Assembly: GCA_023818895.1 (NCBI GenBank)
Contig: JAMWCX010000001.1
Span: 329,789-361,788 of the forward strand
Reading direction: 5' to 3'
DNA length: 32,000 nucleotides
Origin: Candidatus Omnitrophota bacterium
Lineage (GTDB): Bacteria; Omnitrophota; Gorgyraeia; 2-01-FULL-45-10
Shown here: in pieces, positions 12,629 through 22,355 of the stretch
How the letters are laid out: each line of letters begins with the position of its first letter
How positions within the stretch are numbered: position 1 is the stretch's first letter
Made by a program: the position numbers and the translations under genes
The notes under the pieces: generated by a model
What the model was told of the DNA's origin: nothing
The model's database searches: none
Seen by the model: the letters and a program-made list of their open reading frames with translations, nothing else

Positions 12629-13420
12629 CTATCTGCCCCTTTTAGCAACCTTTAGAAATCCGGTCGGTAACTTAAATGGCTTATCTTCGGGTTTATAAAA
12701 GAGGTTTTTCAACATCTTTAGGACACCTTCTTCGTCTAAGCCTAGGTTTAGCTTGCCGCCGCTCGCTATGGAGATAGCGCCGGTCTCCTCGCTTACAATG
12801 AGGCATACAGCGTCCGTCTCTTCTGTTATCCCTACAGCCGCCCTATGGCGCATACCGAGTATCTTAGGTATCCCCCTCTCTTCCTGAGGAAGAGGCAGGA
12901 CGCAACCTGCCGCCACAAGCCTTCCCCGCTGTATTATCACGGCGCCGTCATGTAATGGCGATTGCGGCATAAAAATGGAAGTTATAAGGTAATTCGTTAC
13001 CTTGGCGTCTATCTGCGTGCCGCTTTCGATATAGCTCTTTAAGCCTACCTCCCGTTCGAGCACTATAAGAGCGCCTATCTTTCGCCGCGATAGGTTGCCC
13101 GCGGCCCCCGCAATCTCTTCCAGCACTTCACCGGATTCCTGATGAAGCCCAAGCTGGCCGAGTTGGGCAAGGCCCTTTCGTAGCTCCGGTTGGAATATTA
13201 CGATAAGCGCTATGACGGAGATAGGAAAAAGGCGGGCAAGAGACCAGCTTATTGCCTCAAGACCCAACTGTTGCGCTATAAGAAATATGACGCCAATTAT
13301 AACTATTCCTTTCAAAAGCTGTTCTGAGCGCGTCCCCTTCACAAAAAGAAGCACCATATATATAACATACCAAAGAATCAGGACCTCGACGACTATCTTC
13401 CAATAATAAAGCATTGTCAT
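12629..13420 (-). CDS. cdaA: Diadenylate cyclase (c-di-AMP synthase), membrane-anchored CdaA type
   Basis: Three N-terminal TM helices, then a DAC domain with PLHDGAVII and GMRHRAAVGITE motifs. Confidence 0.9.
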   Translation of the reverse strand: MTMLYYWKIVVEVLILWYVIYMVLLFVKGTRSEQLLKGIVIIGVIFLIAQQLGLEAISWSLARLFPISVIALIVIFQPELRKGLAQLGQLGLHQESGEVLEEIAGAAGNLSRRKIGALIVLEREVGLKSYIESGTQIDAKVTNYLITSIFMPQSPLHDGAVIIQRGRLVAAGCVLPLPQEERGIPKILGMRHRAAVGITEETDAVCLIVSEETGAISIASGGKLNLGLDEEGVLKMLKNLFYKPEDKPFKLPTGFLKVAKRGR

Positions 13421-13421
13421 C

Positions 13422-14282
13422 TTAATTTGCTTTTATTTTTATGACGGCATCCGCCATAAGCGATGCCTGACGAATTTCTTTGACATCGTGGACCCTTAAG
13501 ATACTCGCGCCCTTCAGCACCGCTATCACACACGTAGCTACCGTGCCGATTAGCCTGTTGGCTGGCTCTGGCACGTTAAGCACTTTACCTATAAAAGATT
13601 TTCGCGAGGTCCCTACGCATATCGGACGCCCGAGAATAGCAAGCTCTTCCAGTCTGTTAAGTATCTCAAGGTTATGCTCCAGAGATTTTCCAAAACCTAT
13701 GCCTGGATCAACTATGATAGAGTCTTCGGAAACGCCCGCCTGAATGGCGATCTTGACAGACATAGAAAGATCTCGCGCCACCTCCTTTACCACATCACCG
13801 TATTGCGGATCAGTCTGCATGTTCTTCGGTGTGCCCTTCATGTGCATAAGTATAAGAGCGGCGCCGTATCTCTTGGCAACAGAGGCCATCCTTTCATCAT
13901 ACCGTAAACCGGAGACATCGTTCACTATCCTGGCGCCGGCCTTAAGAGCCTCTTCGGCAACCACTGGCTTGCGCGTATCTACTGAAAGCACCGCATCCGT
14001 CTTCTTCGATAACTCGCGTATTATTGGGATAACGCGCGAGCATTCCTCATCAACGCTTACTTCTTCTGCTCCGGGCCGTGTCGACTCACCACCTATGTCC
14101 ACTATATCAGCGCCGTCTGATATCATATCGAGGGCGTGCCTTACGGCCTTCTCTTTGTCCAAAAATCGGCCGCCGTCTGAAAATGAATCGGGCGTCACAT
14201 TGAGGATGCCCATTATGTAGGTGCGCCTACTCAGTTCAAGCTTTATGCCTCTTACTGTCACATCAGGCCGACTTAGTCGCAT
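13422..14282 (-). CDS. folP: Dihydropteroate synthase
   Basis: IMGILNVTPDSFSDGG, DIGGESTRPG, and DPGIGFGK motifs. Confidence 0.9.
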   Translation of the reverse strand: MRLSRPDVTVRGIKLELSRRTYIMGILNVTPDSFSDGGRFLDKEKAVRHALDMISDGADIVDIGGESTRPGAEEVSVDEECSRVIPIIRELSKKTDAVLSVDTRKPVVAEEALKAGARIVNDVSGLRYDERMASVAKRYGAALILMHMKGTPKNMQTDPQYGDVVKEVARDLSMSVKIAIQAGVSEDSIIVDPGIGFGKSLEHNLEILNRLEELAILGRPICVGTSRKSFIGKVLNVPEPANRLIGTVATCVIAVLKGASILRVHDVKEIRQASLMADAVIKIKAN

Positions 14283-16140
14283 CGGTCTTATTAAAACCCA
14301 GAAGGGCCTTTATCTCCTCCACCTCCATAACCTCTTTTTCAAGTAGCTTATCAGCCAGCAGCTTAAGCTTGTCTTTATGTTTCAGAATTTCGTCTTTCGC
14401 TCTTTGATAGCACTGCTCTATTATGCCACGGACCTCCTGGTCGATCATGAGGGCGGTTTGGTCGCTGTAATTACGCTCTTCTATTATGTCGCGGCCGAGA
14501 AATATCTGCTCTTCGCGATGGCCGAATGTAAGGTGACCTAGCTTTTCGCTCATGCCGTAGCGCGTCACCATCTTACGCGCAAGCTGAGTTGCCACCTCAA
14601 GATCGTTCTGCGCGCCGGTCGAGATCTCATTAAACGTAATCTCCTCGCTGGCCCTACCGCCCAGCAGGCCTGTTATCCTGCCCAACAGCTCTTCTTTTGT
14701 AACTATATATCTATCCTCCAGCGGAAGTTGTATTGTATATCCGAGCGCCATGCCCCGCGGCAGAATCGAAACTTTGTGCAATGGGTCGGCCCCAGGTATA
14801 ACAAGCGCAAGAAGCGCATGGCCTGTCTCATGGTAGGCAACTATCATCTTCTCTTGTTTTGATATTACCCTAGATTTCCTCTCAGGGCCAGCCATCACCC
14901 TTTCTATGGACTCCTGCAACTCCTCCATCGTAACGGACTCTTTATTACGCCTTGCGGCAAGCAGGGCTGCCTCGTTGACGAGGTTGGCAAGATCTGCTCC
15001 CGAAAATCCGGGAGTCTGGCGGGCAAGCGAATTGAGGTCAACGGCCTTATCAAGCTTTATATTACGAGTATGCACCTTTAATATCGCCTCGCGGCCAACA
15101 ATATCCGGCCTGTCGATAACCACCTGTCTGTCAAATCTACCCGGCCGCAATAACGCTGGATCGAGCACATCGGGCCTGTTTGTGGCGGCTATCAATATTA
15201 CCCCTTCCTGAGTATTAAAACCATCCATCTCCACAAGAAGAGCATTAAGAGTCTGCTCGCGCTCATCATGGCCTCCGCCGATGCCAGCAAACCGCTGACG
15301 CCCAACAGCGTCTATTTCATCTATGAATATGATCGCGCCGCGTCCGCTGGCCTTAGCTGACCTCTTGGCCTGTTCGAAAAGGTCTCGCACCCTGGAGGCA
15401 CCTACACCCACAAACATCTCGACAAAGTCAGATCCGGATATAGAAAGGAACGGGACGTTCGCCTCTCCTGCCACGGCCTTCGCAAGAAGCGTCTTGCCAG
15501 TACCGGGTGGACCCATCAGAAGAACGCCCTTAGGAATCTTGCCGCCAAGCCGCTGAAACTTTCTTGGATCTTTAAGAAATTCTATAACCTCCTTAAGCTC
15601 TTCCTTGGCTTCGTCTACACCGGCCACATCCTCAAAGGTTACCTTCAGCCGAGATTCCGAAGCAAGCGTGGCGCGGGATTTGCCGAAAGACCAGATCCTA
15701 CCCCCTCCTGCCGCAGCGCTGCCCCGGTAAACGAAAAACCACAAAAATAATATAAAAAGTATCATCGGACCAAGAGAATAGAAGATGTTCATCCATAGCG
15801 TTTTGGGCGGCTTGACATCAAAGTCCTTCACATTTTCGCGCAGGCTCCTGATAAGGTCCTGATCTCCATCGGGTATATTGACTATGAAGCGACCACCGTC
15901 CGCGAAAACACCCTTTATAACATTCTCTATCTTAACGGCCGATCTTATCTTTTGCGTGCTGGGGTTATCTTTTAGGATCTCGTAAAATTTGGAATAGGTA
16001 ATCTCCTGGACAGGCTTCTCGGTAACGCTCTGGCTCCAGGCGTTTATCAGGTATAAAGCGCCGATGATTATCAGAAGCCATATGACAAAATTACCTCTAT
16101 TTCTCACTGGCTTCAGACTTTTATTTTCCTTCTGCTCCAT
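14263..16140 (-). CDS. ftsH: ATP-dependent zinc metalloprotease FtsH
   Basis: Two TM helices. Walker [14 protein letters not shown], Walker [33 protein letters not shown], and zinc site HETGHAL. Confidence 0.95.
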   Translation of the reverse strand: MEQKENKSLKPVRNRGNFVIWLLIIIGALYLINAWSQSVTEKPVQEITYSKFYEILKDNPSTQKIRSAVKIENVIKGVFADGGRFIVNIPDGDQDLIRSLRENVKDFDVKPPKTLWMNIFYSLGPMILFILFLWFFVYRGSAAAGGGRIWSFGKSRATLASESRLKVTFEDVAGVDEAKEELKEVIEFLKDPRKFQRLGGKIPKGVLLMGPPGTGKTLLAKAVAGEANVPFLSISGSDFVEMFVGVGASRVRDLFEQAKRSAKASGRGAIIFIDEIDAVGRQRFAGIGGGHDEREQTLNALLVEMDGFNTQEGVILIAATNRPDVLDPALLRPGRFDRQVVIDRPDIVGREAILKVHTRNIKLDKAVDLNSLARQTPGFSGADLANLVNEAALLAARRNKESVTMEELQESIERVMAGPERKSRVISKQEKMIVAYHETGHALLALVIPGADPLHKVSILPRGMALGYTIQLPLEDRYIVTKEELLGRITGLLGGRASEEITFNEISTGAQNDLEVATQLARKMVTRYGMSEKLGHLTFGHREEQIFLGRDIIEERNYSDQTALMIDQEVRGIIEQCYQRAKDEILKHKDKLKLLADKLLEKEVMEVEEIKALLGFNKTDATKSA

Positions 16141-16187
16141 TTTCTATACTCCGCTATATATATGGCGTATTCTATCAAAATATGGAC

Positions 16188-16196
16188 ATTATATCA
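16188..16196 (-). promoter_or_regulatory. Extended -10 element TGATATAAT upstream of ftsH
   Basis: Located in the 59-nt tilS-ftsH intergenic gap, 47 nt upstream of ATG 16140. The same 9-mer occurs upstream of the giant gene and of tRNA-Met. No good -35 element. Confidence 0.4.
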
Positions 16197-16199
16197 AGG

Positions 16200-17198
16200 T
16201 TAGTTTCGGATGAACTTTAGGCATCTTTCTGTCCGCGATACCCTTATACCGCCGGGAAGATCTACGGAGCTTCCCTTCCTCTTTTGCCTGATGAGCGCAT
16301 CGAGCTCTTTCCAGTGCCTGAAAGAAAGTCTCTTGACTTCACCGCCTGATTTCTCCAGGCAGTCACGCAATATCTCCTTCTGCAGCGCTTTCGGCTGTAT
16401 AACAAAATCTTTCAACAATATCTCTAGCTGGCCACCTCCGCTCTTCGTCAAGGATCTGCCGAGTTTCCTCCTCGCTTCGGATATGAATTCAAAATCCTCA
16501 CGAAGATGCTCAGCGAAGCTAAAAAGGGCTCGTTTAAGACGGGGGTTATAACGCTCAAGGAATGGCATGATCTCATTCCTTACGACATTCCTAAAAAATA
16601 TATCCTCTAGGTTCGTGCTGTCCACCCTGTAAGGAATGCCTGCTGCCTCAAGATAGCGGACAATTTGTTTTTTTTCGATTTCTATAAGCGGCCGCACAAC
16701 AGTAATAACACCCTCCTGGCGCTTGGGCGCTATACCCACAACACCTTTCATAGAAGAGCCTTTTATGAGGCGCATCAGTACCGTCTCGGCCTGATCATCC
16801 AGAGTATGCCCAGTCGCTACCACACCGGCCCCCGCCCTTAACGCGGCTTCCTTAAAGAACTGATAGCGCGCTTGCCTTGCCAGTTCCTCGACAGAAAGAT
16901 TATCCGCGGCTGAGCGCATGATCTTAATTTTATTGTGAAAAAAAGGTAATCCATATCTATTGGCCATTCTCCTGACAAAATCCGAATCCTCGGCGGACTC
17001 TTTTCCGCGCAGGCCGTGATCAAGATTGCAGACCGAAAGGCTCTTTAATCCAAGCTTCTTGCCAAGAGAAGCTATGGCATGGAGCATAAATACCGAGTCG
17101 GGCCCTCCTGAGACGGCAAGCATAACACAGTCGCCGTTTTTCATCAGCTCGTAATTGCGCACCGTCTTTAATACCTGTTCTATCAGAACGTCCGGCAT
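16200..17198 (-). CDS. tilS: tRNA(Ile)-lysidine synthase
   Basis: PP-loop LAVSGGPDSV and HTLDDQAETVLMRL. 332 aa. Confidence 0.85.
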   Translation of the reverse strand: MPDVLIEQVLKTVRNYELMKNGDCVMLAVSGGPDSVFMLHAIASLGKKLGLKSLSVCNLDHGLRGKESAEDSDFVRRMANRYGLPFFHNKIKIMRSAADNLSVEELARQARYQFFKEAALRAGAGVVATGHTLDDQAETVLMRLIKGSSMKGVVGIAPKRQEGVITVVRPLIEIEKKQIVRYLEAAGIPYRVDSTNLEDIFFRNVVRNEIMPFLERYNPRLKRALFSFAEHLREDFEFISEARRKLGRSLTKSGGGQLEILLKDFVIQPKALQKEILRDCLEKSGGEVKRLSFRHWKELDALIRQKRKGSSVDLPGGIRVSRTERCLKFIRN

Positions 17199-17200
17199 AG

Positions 17201-18466
17201 CTACTGTCTTTCCGCGGCGCTTTGACCGGCAAGATATCCGGTGGAAAACGCTTGCTGAAGGTTGTATCCGCCGCTTGAAGCGGCTCCATCAATTATCTCG
17301 CCGGCAAAATATAAACCCGGTATTATCCGCGATTCCATCGTGCGGGGATCTATATCGCGCAGTGCCACGCCTCCGGCTGTTACCATCGCGTCTTCAAGCG
17401 GGAGAGCCCCTGTGATGGTAAGCGGAAAGGCCTTAAACACAGCGATCAAAGCCCGCCGTTCTTTCTGGGTTATCTGGCTTGACGCTTTGGTTCCATTCAC
17501 ACCGGCTATATCAAGAAATACCGCGATGAGCCTTTGTGGAAGATAGTTTTTCATAACCGACTTTAGACTGACTTTTCCATTCTCTCTAAAATCCCTCAGC
17601 AACCTTTCTTCAAGCTGGCTAGACCGCAGACCAGGCTTCAAGTCTATGAGTAGACGAATCTCTTTATGCCTGCCCAAGACCGCCATAATATCTCCGCTGT
17701 TATCGAGTATTAGTGGGCCGGAGGCTCCGAAATGTGTAAAAATAATTTCGCCGACATCAGTAAAATGTCTTTTCTTATCATATTCAAAAGTAAGTCGTAC
17801 ATTTTCGAGCGCGATCCCCTGGAGGCTTTTCACCCACTCCTCTCTAACTTTAAGTGGCACAAGCGCCGGTTTCAGCGGCGTTATCTCATGTCCAAGATCC
17901 GCGGCTATACGAAAACCGCTGCCGGTCGAACCAGTAGCTTTGTATGAAGCGCCCCCTGTAGCTAGTATAACGTTTTTTGCCTTTATTAACCGGCCTCCTT
18001 CGATTTCAAGGTCAAAAATGTCGTCTTTCTTTTTTATTTTCAGAAGCGTTGCGTTATATAATTGCTCGACTTTCCCCTCTTTCAAGCACCTCGCCAATAC
18101 TTCGACTACCGAACGCGCTTTATCGGTGGCGGGGAAAACCCGCCCCTGCCGCTCCGCCTTGACTTCCATGCCTTTCGACCTGAAAAAATCTATCAGGTCT
18201 TCGTTAAAAAAATTAAAAAAAGCGGACCGCAGAAATTTTCCCTGCCGTCCGAATTTTTCTATAAAAACATCTATCGGCGCCGTATTAGTAAGGTTGCATC
18301 GGCCTTTTCCGGTAATGAGAATCTTTTTGCCGATTGAGTCATTGGATTCGATCAATACCACTCTTTTTTTAAGAGCGGATGCTCGTATAGCGGCCATCGT
18401 CCCAGCCGCCCCGCCACCAACAACAGCTATGTCATATACATCATAGGAGCGAACTTCATCAGACAT
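17201..18466 (-). CDS. NAD(P)/FAD-dependent oxidoreductase, HI0933/YhiN (BaiN-like) flavoprotein family
   Basis: YDIAVVGGGAAGTMAA Rossmann motif, GKKILITGKGRCNLTN, and a C-terminal GLYFAGEIIDGAASSGGYNLQ. I prefer ATG 18466, which has GAAGGA 8 nt upstream. The track starts at TTG 18496. Confidence 0.8.
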   Translation of the reverse strand: MSDEVRSYDVYDIAVVGGGAAGTMAAIRASALKKRVVLIESNDSIGKKILITGKGRCNLTNTAPIDVFIEKFGRQGKFLRSAFFNFFNEDLIDFFRSKGMEVKAERQGRVFPATDKARSVVEVLARCLKEGKVEQLYNATLLKIKKKDDIFDLEIEGGRLIKAKNVILATGGASYKATGSTGSGFRIAADLGHEITPLKPALVPLKVREEWVKSLQGIALENVRLTFEYDKKRHFTDVGEIIFTHFGASGPLILDNSGDIMAVLGRHKEIRLLIDLKPGLRSSQLEERLLRDFRENGKVSLKSVMKNYLPQRLIAVFLDIAGVNGTKASSQITQKERRALIAVFKAFPLTITGALPLEDAMVTAGGVALRDIDPRTMESRIIPGLYFAGEIIDGAASSGGYNLQQAFSTGYLAGQSAAERQ

Positions 18467-18869
18467 GATATACATCCTTCTTAAGCTTCTCGACAACCAT
18501 CATGTCCGCTTTCGCGAAATCGTAAGCGGAAAGCTCGGTCGGCAGCACCCACCTTATCTCATCATGATCTGTGGGGACAAAATCACCGCATATATGCTGT
18601 GCCTTGTAGACAAATAGCTCAAGCGGGACACACAGGTATGTAAATCTGCTGGAACACAGAAATTCACCCACCTCTGCTTCTATGCCGAATTCCTCTTTTA
18701 ACTCGCGCTTCAGGCACTGTTCTGGTGTTTCGCCAGGACGGATCTTCCCCCCAGGAAACTCCCATTTGCCGCCGAGTCTATCCGTCTTTTTACGCCTGGC
18801 GATAAGCAGGCGACCGTCTTTTTCAATGACCGCGGCCGTGACTTTTAGCAAGTTGGATATTATATCCAT
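18459..18869 (-). CDS. NUDIX hydrolase, MutT-like (8-oxo-dGTP/CTP pyrophosphohydrolase type)
   Basis: Nudix box GGKWEFPGGKIRPGETPEQCLKRELKEEFGI. 136 aa. Confidence 0.85.
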   Translation of the reverse strand: MDIISNLLKVTAAVIEKDGRLLIARRKKTDRLGGKWEFPGGKIRPGETPEQCLKRELKEEFGIEAEVGEFLCSSRFTYLCVPLELFVYKAQHICGDFVPTDHDEIRWVLPTELSAYDFAKADMMVVEKLKKDVYHV

Positions 18870-18870
18870 A

Positions 18871-19146
18871 TCAATGGTACCTGTACCTGTCGTCCCACGA
18901 CTCTTCGCGCATCCTGTAAAGCTCGGCCTGCATGCTCCGCAGCTGCTCCTCCTGGGATTCAGTTAGCGTGCCCCGCAGCGTCATCTTGTGTCTTGGGGTA
19001 TTGCGCAAGCTATCGTCTTCGGCTTTACACTGATTCTCGGCCTGCGCGTCCACATCTGCCTCTGTTGCACCTAATGGGAAAACCGCAAGAATGATAAGCA
19101 AGATGGCAGGTATCATCTTCTTTAGGAGAGATACGTAAATTCCCAT
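18871..19146 (-). CDS. Small secreted hypothetical protein with one LTXXQ (Spy/CpxP-like) motif
   Basis: Signal-like MIPAILLIILAVFPLGA and LTESQEEQLRSMQAEL. Its stop lies 1 nt before the NUDIX ATG, suggesting translational coupling. The function is a guess. Confidence 0.45.
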   Translation of the reverse strand: MGIYVSLLKKMIPAILLIILAVFPLGATEADVDAQAENQCKAEDDSLRNTPRHKMTLRGTLTESQEEQLRSMQAELYRMREESWDDRYRYH

Positions 19147-19212
19147 CTGACGAACACTGGTCCGCCATGAACCCCAACAAAAATTTCGATAGAAAATTTT
19201 GTAAGCGGTTCA

Positions 19213-19289
19213 TGGTAGCGGGGACTGGATTTGAACCAGTGACACGCCGGGTATGAGCCGACTGCTCTGCCAGACTGAGCTACCCCGCC
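19213..19289 (-). tRNA. tRNA-Met (anticodon CAT), elongator-like. A lysidine-modified tRNA-Ile2 cannot be excluded.
   Basis: Reverse complement is GGCGGGGTAGCTCAGTCTGGCAGAGCAGTCGGCTCATACCCGGCGTGTCACTGGTTCAAATCCAGTCCCCGCTACCA. G1-U72 pair, no initiator GGG/CCC anticodon stem, CCA encoded. Confidence 0.9.
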
Positions 19290-19352
19290 ACACTGTATGA
19301 CATCACCAACTAGATTTGACCGCTAGGTAACGCCATATTTATTGGAGTGGAT

Positions 19353-19361
19353 ATTATATCA
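19353..19361 (-). promoter_or_regulatory. Extended -10 element TGATATAAT upstream of tRNA-Met
   Basis: 63 nt upstream of the tRNA 5' end, just after the larE-like stop. A weak -35 (TTCAAT) lies at a 17-nt spacing. Confidence 0.4.
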
Positions 19362-19366
19362 CACGG

Positions 19367-20191
19367 CTAATTATTATTGAAGCGGTATCTTCTTCCTATC
19401 GCCTCATGCATGCTGCCAGTCCGATAGCCCGCAAGATCGAGAGTAACATAGACAAAACCGAGCTTCTTAATGGTTGCCGTTATAGAACGGCTCATTCGCA
19501 GCGCCTTTCCCATTTCCTCTTGCAAAAGCTCAATTCGCGCTATATCCTTATGGATCCTTACCCTTACCTGATTAAATCCCAGCCGCCTTAAATAATCCTC
19601 AGCCTTGGCAACCCTCTTGAGGTCTCTTGCTGTTATAAAACTACCGAATGGAAAACGTGAGGCAAGGCAGGCAAAAGAATGCTTGTCCCATGTAGTAAGC
19701 TTAAGCTCCTTGGACAGTTTCCTTATCTGATCCTTCGCTATGCCGGCATCCAATAATGGGCTCTTTACACCAAGCTCTTGGGCGGCGAGCCTTCCGTATC
19801 GGACGTCCTTAAGATCGTCGTAATTGGTGCCGTCAAGGACAGCGCCCATCTTGAAACGCTCTCTTATCTTTTCTAGTTTTGTGAATAATTCCTTCTTGCA
19901 GTAGTAGCACCTGTTAACAGGGTTCGATCTGAAATTTTTCAGCGACAGCTCTCTAGTCCGTATCGCGATGTGTCTGGCGCCTATCTTGCCGGCAAGGCGT
20001 CGGGCCTGGTTATATTCCGAAACGGGATACGTCTCAGACCTCGCCGTGACGGCAAGCACATTGTCCTTGCCCAGCACATCTGCGGCTACTTTAAGCAAAA
20101 ATGTGCTATCGAGCCCGCCAGAATAGGCGACAACGACACTGCCCATCGATTTGATGCTGTCTTTTAGCTTTTTTAATTTATTCGTGAGCAT
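19367..20191 (-). CDS. LarE-like ATP-dependent sulfur transferase / PP-loop ATP pyrophosphatase (TIGR00268-type)
   Basis: PP-loop VVAYSGGLDSTFL, CYYC motif, and FACLASRFPFG. 274 aa. Confidence 0.7.
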   Translation of the reverse strand: MLTNKLKKLKDSIKSMGSVVVAYSGGLDSTFLLKVAADVLGKDNVLAVTARSETYPVSEYNQARRLAGKIGARHIAIRTRELSLKNFRSNPVNRCYYCKKELFTKLEKIRERFKMGAVLDGTNYDDLKDVRYGRLAAQELGVKSPLLDAGIAKDQIRKLSKELKLTTWDKHSFACLASRFPFGSFITARDLKRVAKAEDYLRRLGFNQVRVRIHKDIARIELLQEEMGKALRMSRSITATIKKLGFVYVTLDLAGYRTGSMHEAIGRRYRFNNN

Positions 20192-20230
20192 AAATCATAT
20201 CATGCGCGTTACGATATAAAACAAATTCGA

Positions 20231-21334
20231 CTAACTTGCCTGCCTTATCCAACCTCCGCCCAACACGACATCTTTATCATAAAAAACCACTGCCTGTCCG
20301 GGGGTGGGGGCCTCCTGGGGCTCATCAAACTCGACCGTCACCGTATCGCCGCCGCCGGATGTTACCGTTGCCCTTGCCTTTTTATGATTATACCGTATCT
20401 TGGCCATCACACGCATAGGTTTTCCGATACCATCAATAGCTATCCACTTCACGTTCTCCGCTACGAGGCGTTTTTTCATAACAGCCTTCTTGGTCCCGAC
20501 GATAATACGATTACGGTCAATGTCTAGCCCCACGACATAAAGCGGCTCGGCATGCGTGATGCCAAGCCCCCTGCGCTGGCCTATCGTGTAAAAAGGTATG
20601 CCTTTATGGCTACCCAGGACCTTGCCGTCCCCATCAACAATATCGCCTTTTCTGATCTCCACGCCTGTCCTTCTCTTGATATATTCGGCATACCCCTGCC
20701 CGCCGGTAAAGCATACATCCTGACTGGAGATGGCGTCGTATGTCTTTAGCCGCATCTTTTTCGCAAGTCTTCTCGCCTCCTTCTTTAGGATACCGCCGAG
20801 AGGAAATAACGTATGCCGCAGCTGGTCCTGCGAAAGACTGAAGAGAAAATAGGACTGATCCCTTTCTTTATCCTTGCCTTCCCTAAGCAGATATTTGCCG
20901 GTCACTTTTTCAATGCCTATCCTGGCATAATGGCCCGTAGCGATAAGAGACGCGCCTAAGGAGGTGGCCTTCTCAAGCATTCTGCCAAACTTTATCTTCT
21001 CGTTGCAGACCACGCACGGATTTGGGGTGCGGCCGCGCAGGTACTCATTGCAAAAATAATCGATGACATCCTTCTTAAAGTCTTCGCTTAGATCCGTCAC
21101 ATAGTAAGGAATCCCAAGGTCAAAAGCTACCTGCCGCGCTCTGGCTATCGATTCCAAGCTGCAGCAGGCCCGGCCGGCCGCGTTGCCGCATTCCTCCTTG
21201 GGCCACATCCTGAAGGTCATTCCTATAACATCATAACCTTTCTTCTTTAAAATAGCTGCCGCAAGCGAAGAGTCTACGCCGCCTGACATGCCCACCACGA
21301 TTTTTTTATTGGGAAAGTTTCTTCTGATAGACAC
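20231..21334 (-). CDS. mnmA: tRNA-specific 2-thiouridylase
   Basis: VVGMSGGVDSSLAA PP-loop, NPCVVCN, and GHYAR motifs. GTG start. Confidence 0.9.
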   Translation of the reverse strand: MSIRRNFPNKKIVVGMSGGVDSSLAAAILKKKGYDVIGMTFRMWPKEECGNAAGRACCSLESIARARQVAFDLGIPYYVTDLSEDFKKDVIDYFCNEYLRGRTPNPCVVCNEKIKFGRMLEKATSLGASLIATGHYARIGIEKVTGKYLLREGKDKERDQSYFLFSLSQDQLRHTLFPLGGILKKEARRLAKKMRLKTYDAISSQDVCFTGGQGYAEYIKRRTGVEIRKGDIVDGDGKVLGSHKGIPFYTIGQRRGLGITHAEPLYVVGLDIDRNRIIVGTKKAVMKKRLVAENVKWIAIDGIGKPMRVMAKIRYNHKKARATVTSGGGDTVTVEFDEPQEAPTPGQAVVFYDKDVVLGGGWIRQAS

Positions 21335-22355
21335 GGAAAGATCCCCTCACATTACCAGCCATTTCCACCTTCATCTTGTCGCCGTCTTTAACCACAATGG
21401 CGGCCATCGCCTTTTCCGAATCAACTATCTTCAGCCCTTCCCTCCCGAGGACACATAACGCAGTCGCAAGCATATCGGCTCTTACGGTGTCTTCAGACAC
21501 TACCGTCGCGCTGATGATATAATCGCCAACAGGATAACCTGTCCTTGGGTCTATTATATGTGAATAACGGCGCCCTTCGAGCGTGAAATATTTTTCGTAA
21601 TCCCCTGAGGTAACCACTGCCTCGTCCATGACATCGAGTTCCATAAATACTTCCGAACTTTTTCTGGGATGGCGAATGCCGACCCGCCAAGGGCGAAATT
21701 TTGAGCGTGCACCCAGGCAATAGATATCTCCTCCCGAATTAACTATAGCATCTCTTATACCTATTTCCTGAAGGACTTTTATGGCCCTGTCGGTGGCGTA
21801 ACCTTTGGCAACGCCTCCCAGATCAATTGCCACCCCATCTTTCGCAAACGATATCGTCATTTTAGTTTTATCAAGTATAATATTTGCGGCACCTACCTTT
21901 TCTAAGGCCTTTTTTATCTCCGACACCGCCGGCAATCGGCCACTCATTCTGGCATCTTGCCACAAACGGACAAGAGGATAAACTGTTATATCAAAAGCGC
22001 CGGATGTCTTTTTGGTATATTCTACAGATCGTTCTATGAGACTAAACGTTTCGGTGGTTATTTTCATTTCTTCGCCGAGCTTCAGGCCGTTTATTCTGGA
22101 TATCTCGCTATCTTGCCTGTAAACGCTGAAAACCTTCTCAACGCGATCTATTTCGTCAAATGCCCTATCTATAGCATAATCGGCGGCCTTCTTGTCCAAT
22201 CCTGGTCTCAGAGGCACCTTTATTTGAACTATCGTCCCCATCGCAAGGCGCGATTCTTCGACCATGTTTTCACGTTGGCGTAAGGCATAAATCAAACATG
22301 CTGCGGCGATTACGGTGGCCAAAATAAGAAAGAGCGGACTTTTTGCGGATTTCAT
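21306..22355 (-). CDS. apbE: FAD:protein FMN transferase (ApbE family), probably membrane or lipid anchored
   Basis: N-terminal hydrophobic LFLILATVIAAAC, then MGTIVQIKV, GGVAKGYA, and SGDYEKYF, which are typical of ApbE. Confidence 0.85.
   Translation of the reverse strand: MKSAKSPLFLILATVIAAACLIYALRQRENMVEESRLAMGTIVQIKVPLRPGLDKKAADYAIDRAFDEIDRVEKVFSVYRQDSEISRINGLKLGEEMKITTETFSLIERSVEYTKKTSGAFDITVYPLVRLWQDARMSGRLPAVSEIKKALEKVGAANIILDKTKMTISFAKDGVAIDLGGVAKGYATDRAIKVLQEIGIRDAIVNSGGDIYCLGARSKFRPWRVGIRHPRKSSEVFMELDVMDEAVVTSGDYEKYFTLEGRRYSHIIDPRTGYPVGDYIISATVVSEDTVRADMLATALCVLGREGLKIVDSEKAMAAIVVKDGDKMKVEMAGNVRGSFRVYQKKLSQ

Noticed and set aside
20192-20230. TGATATGAT -10-like element between mnmA and the larE-like gene.
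   Set aside because: It ends only 2 nt before the larE-like ATG (20191), so it cannot serve as a normal promoter for that gene.
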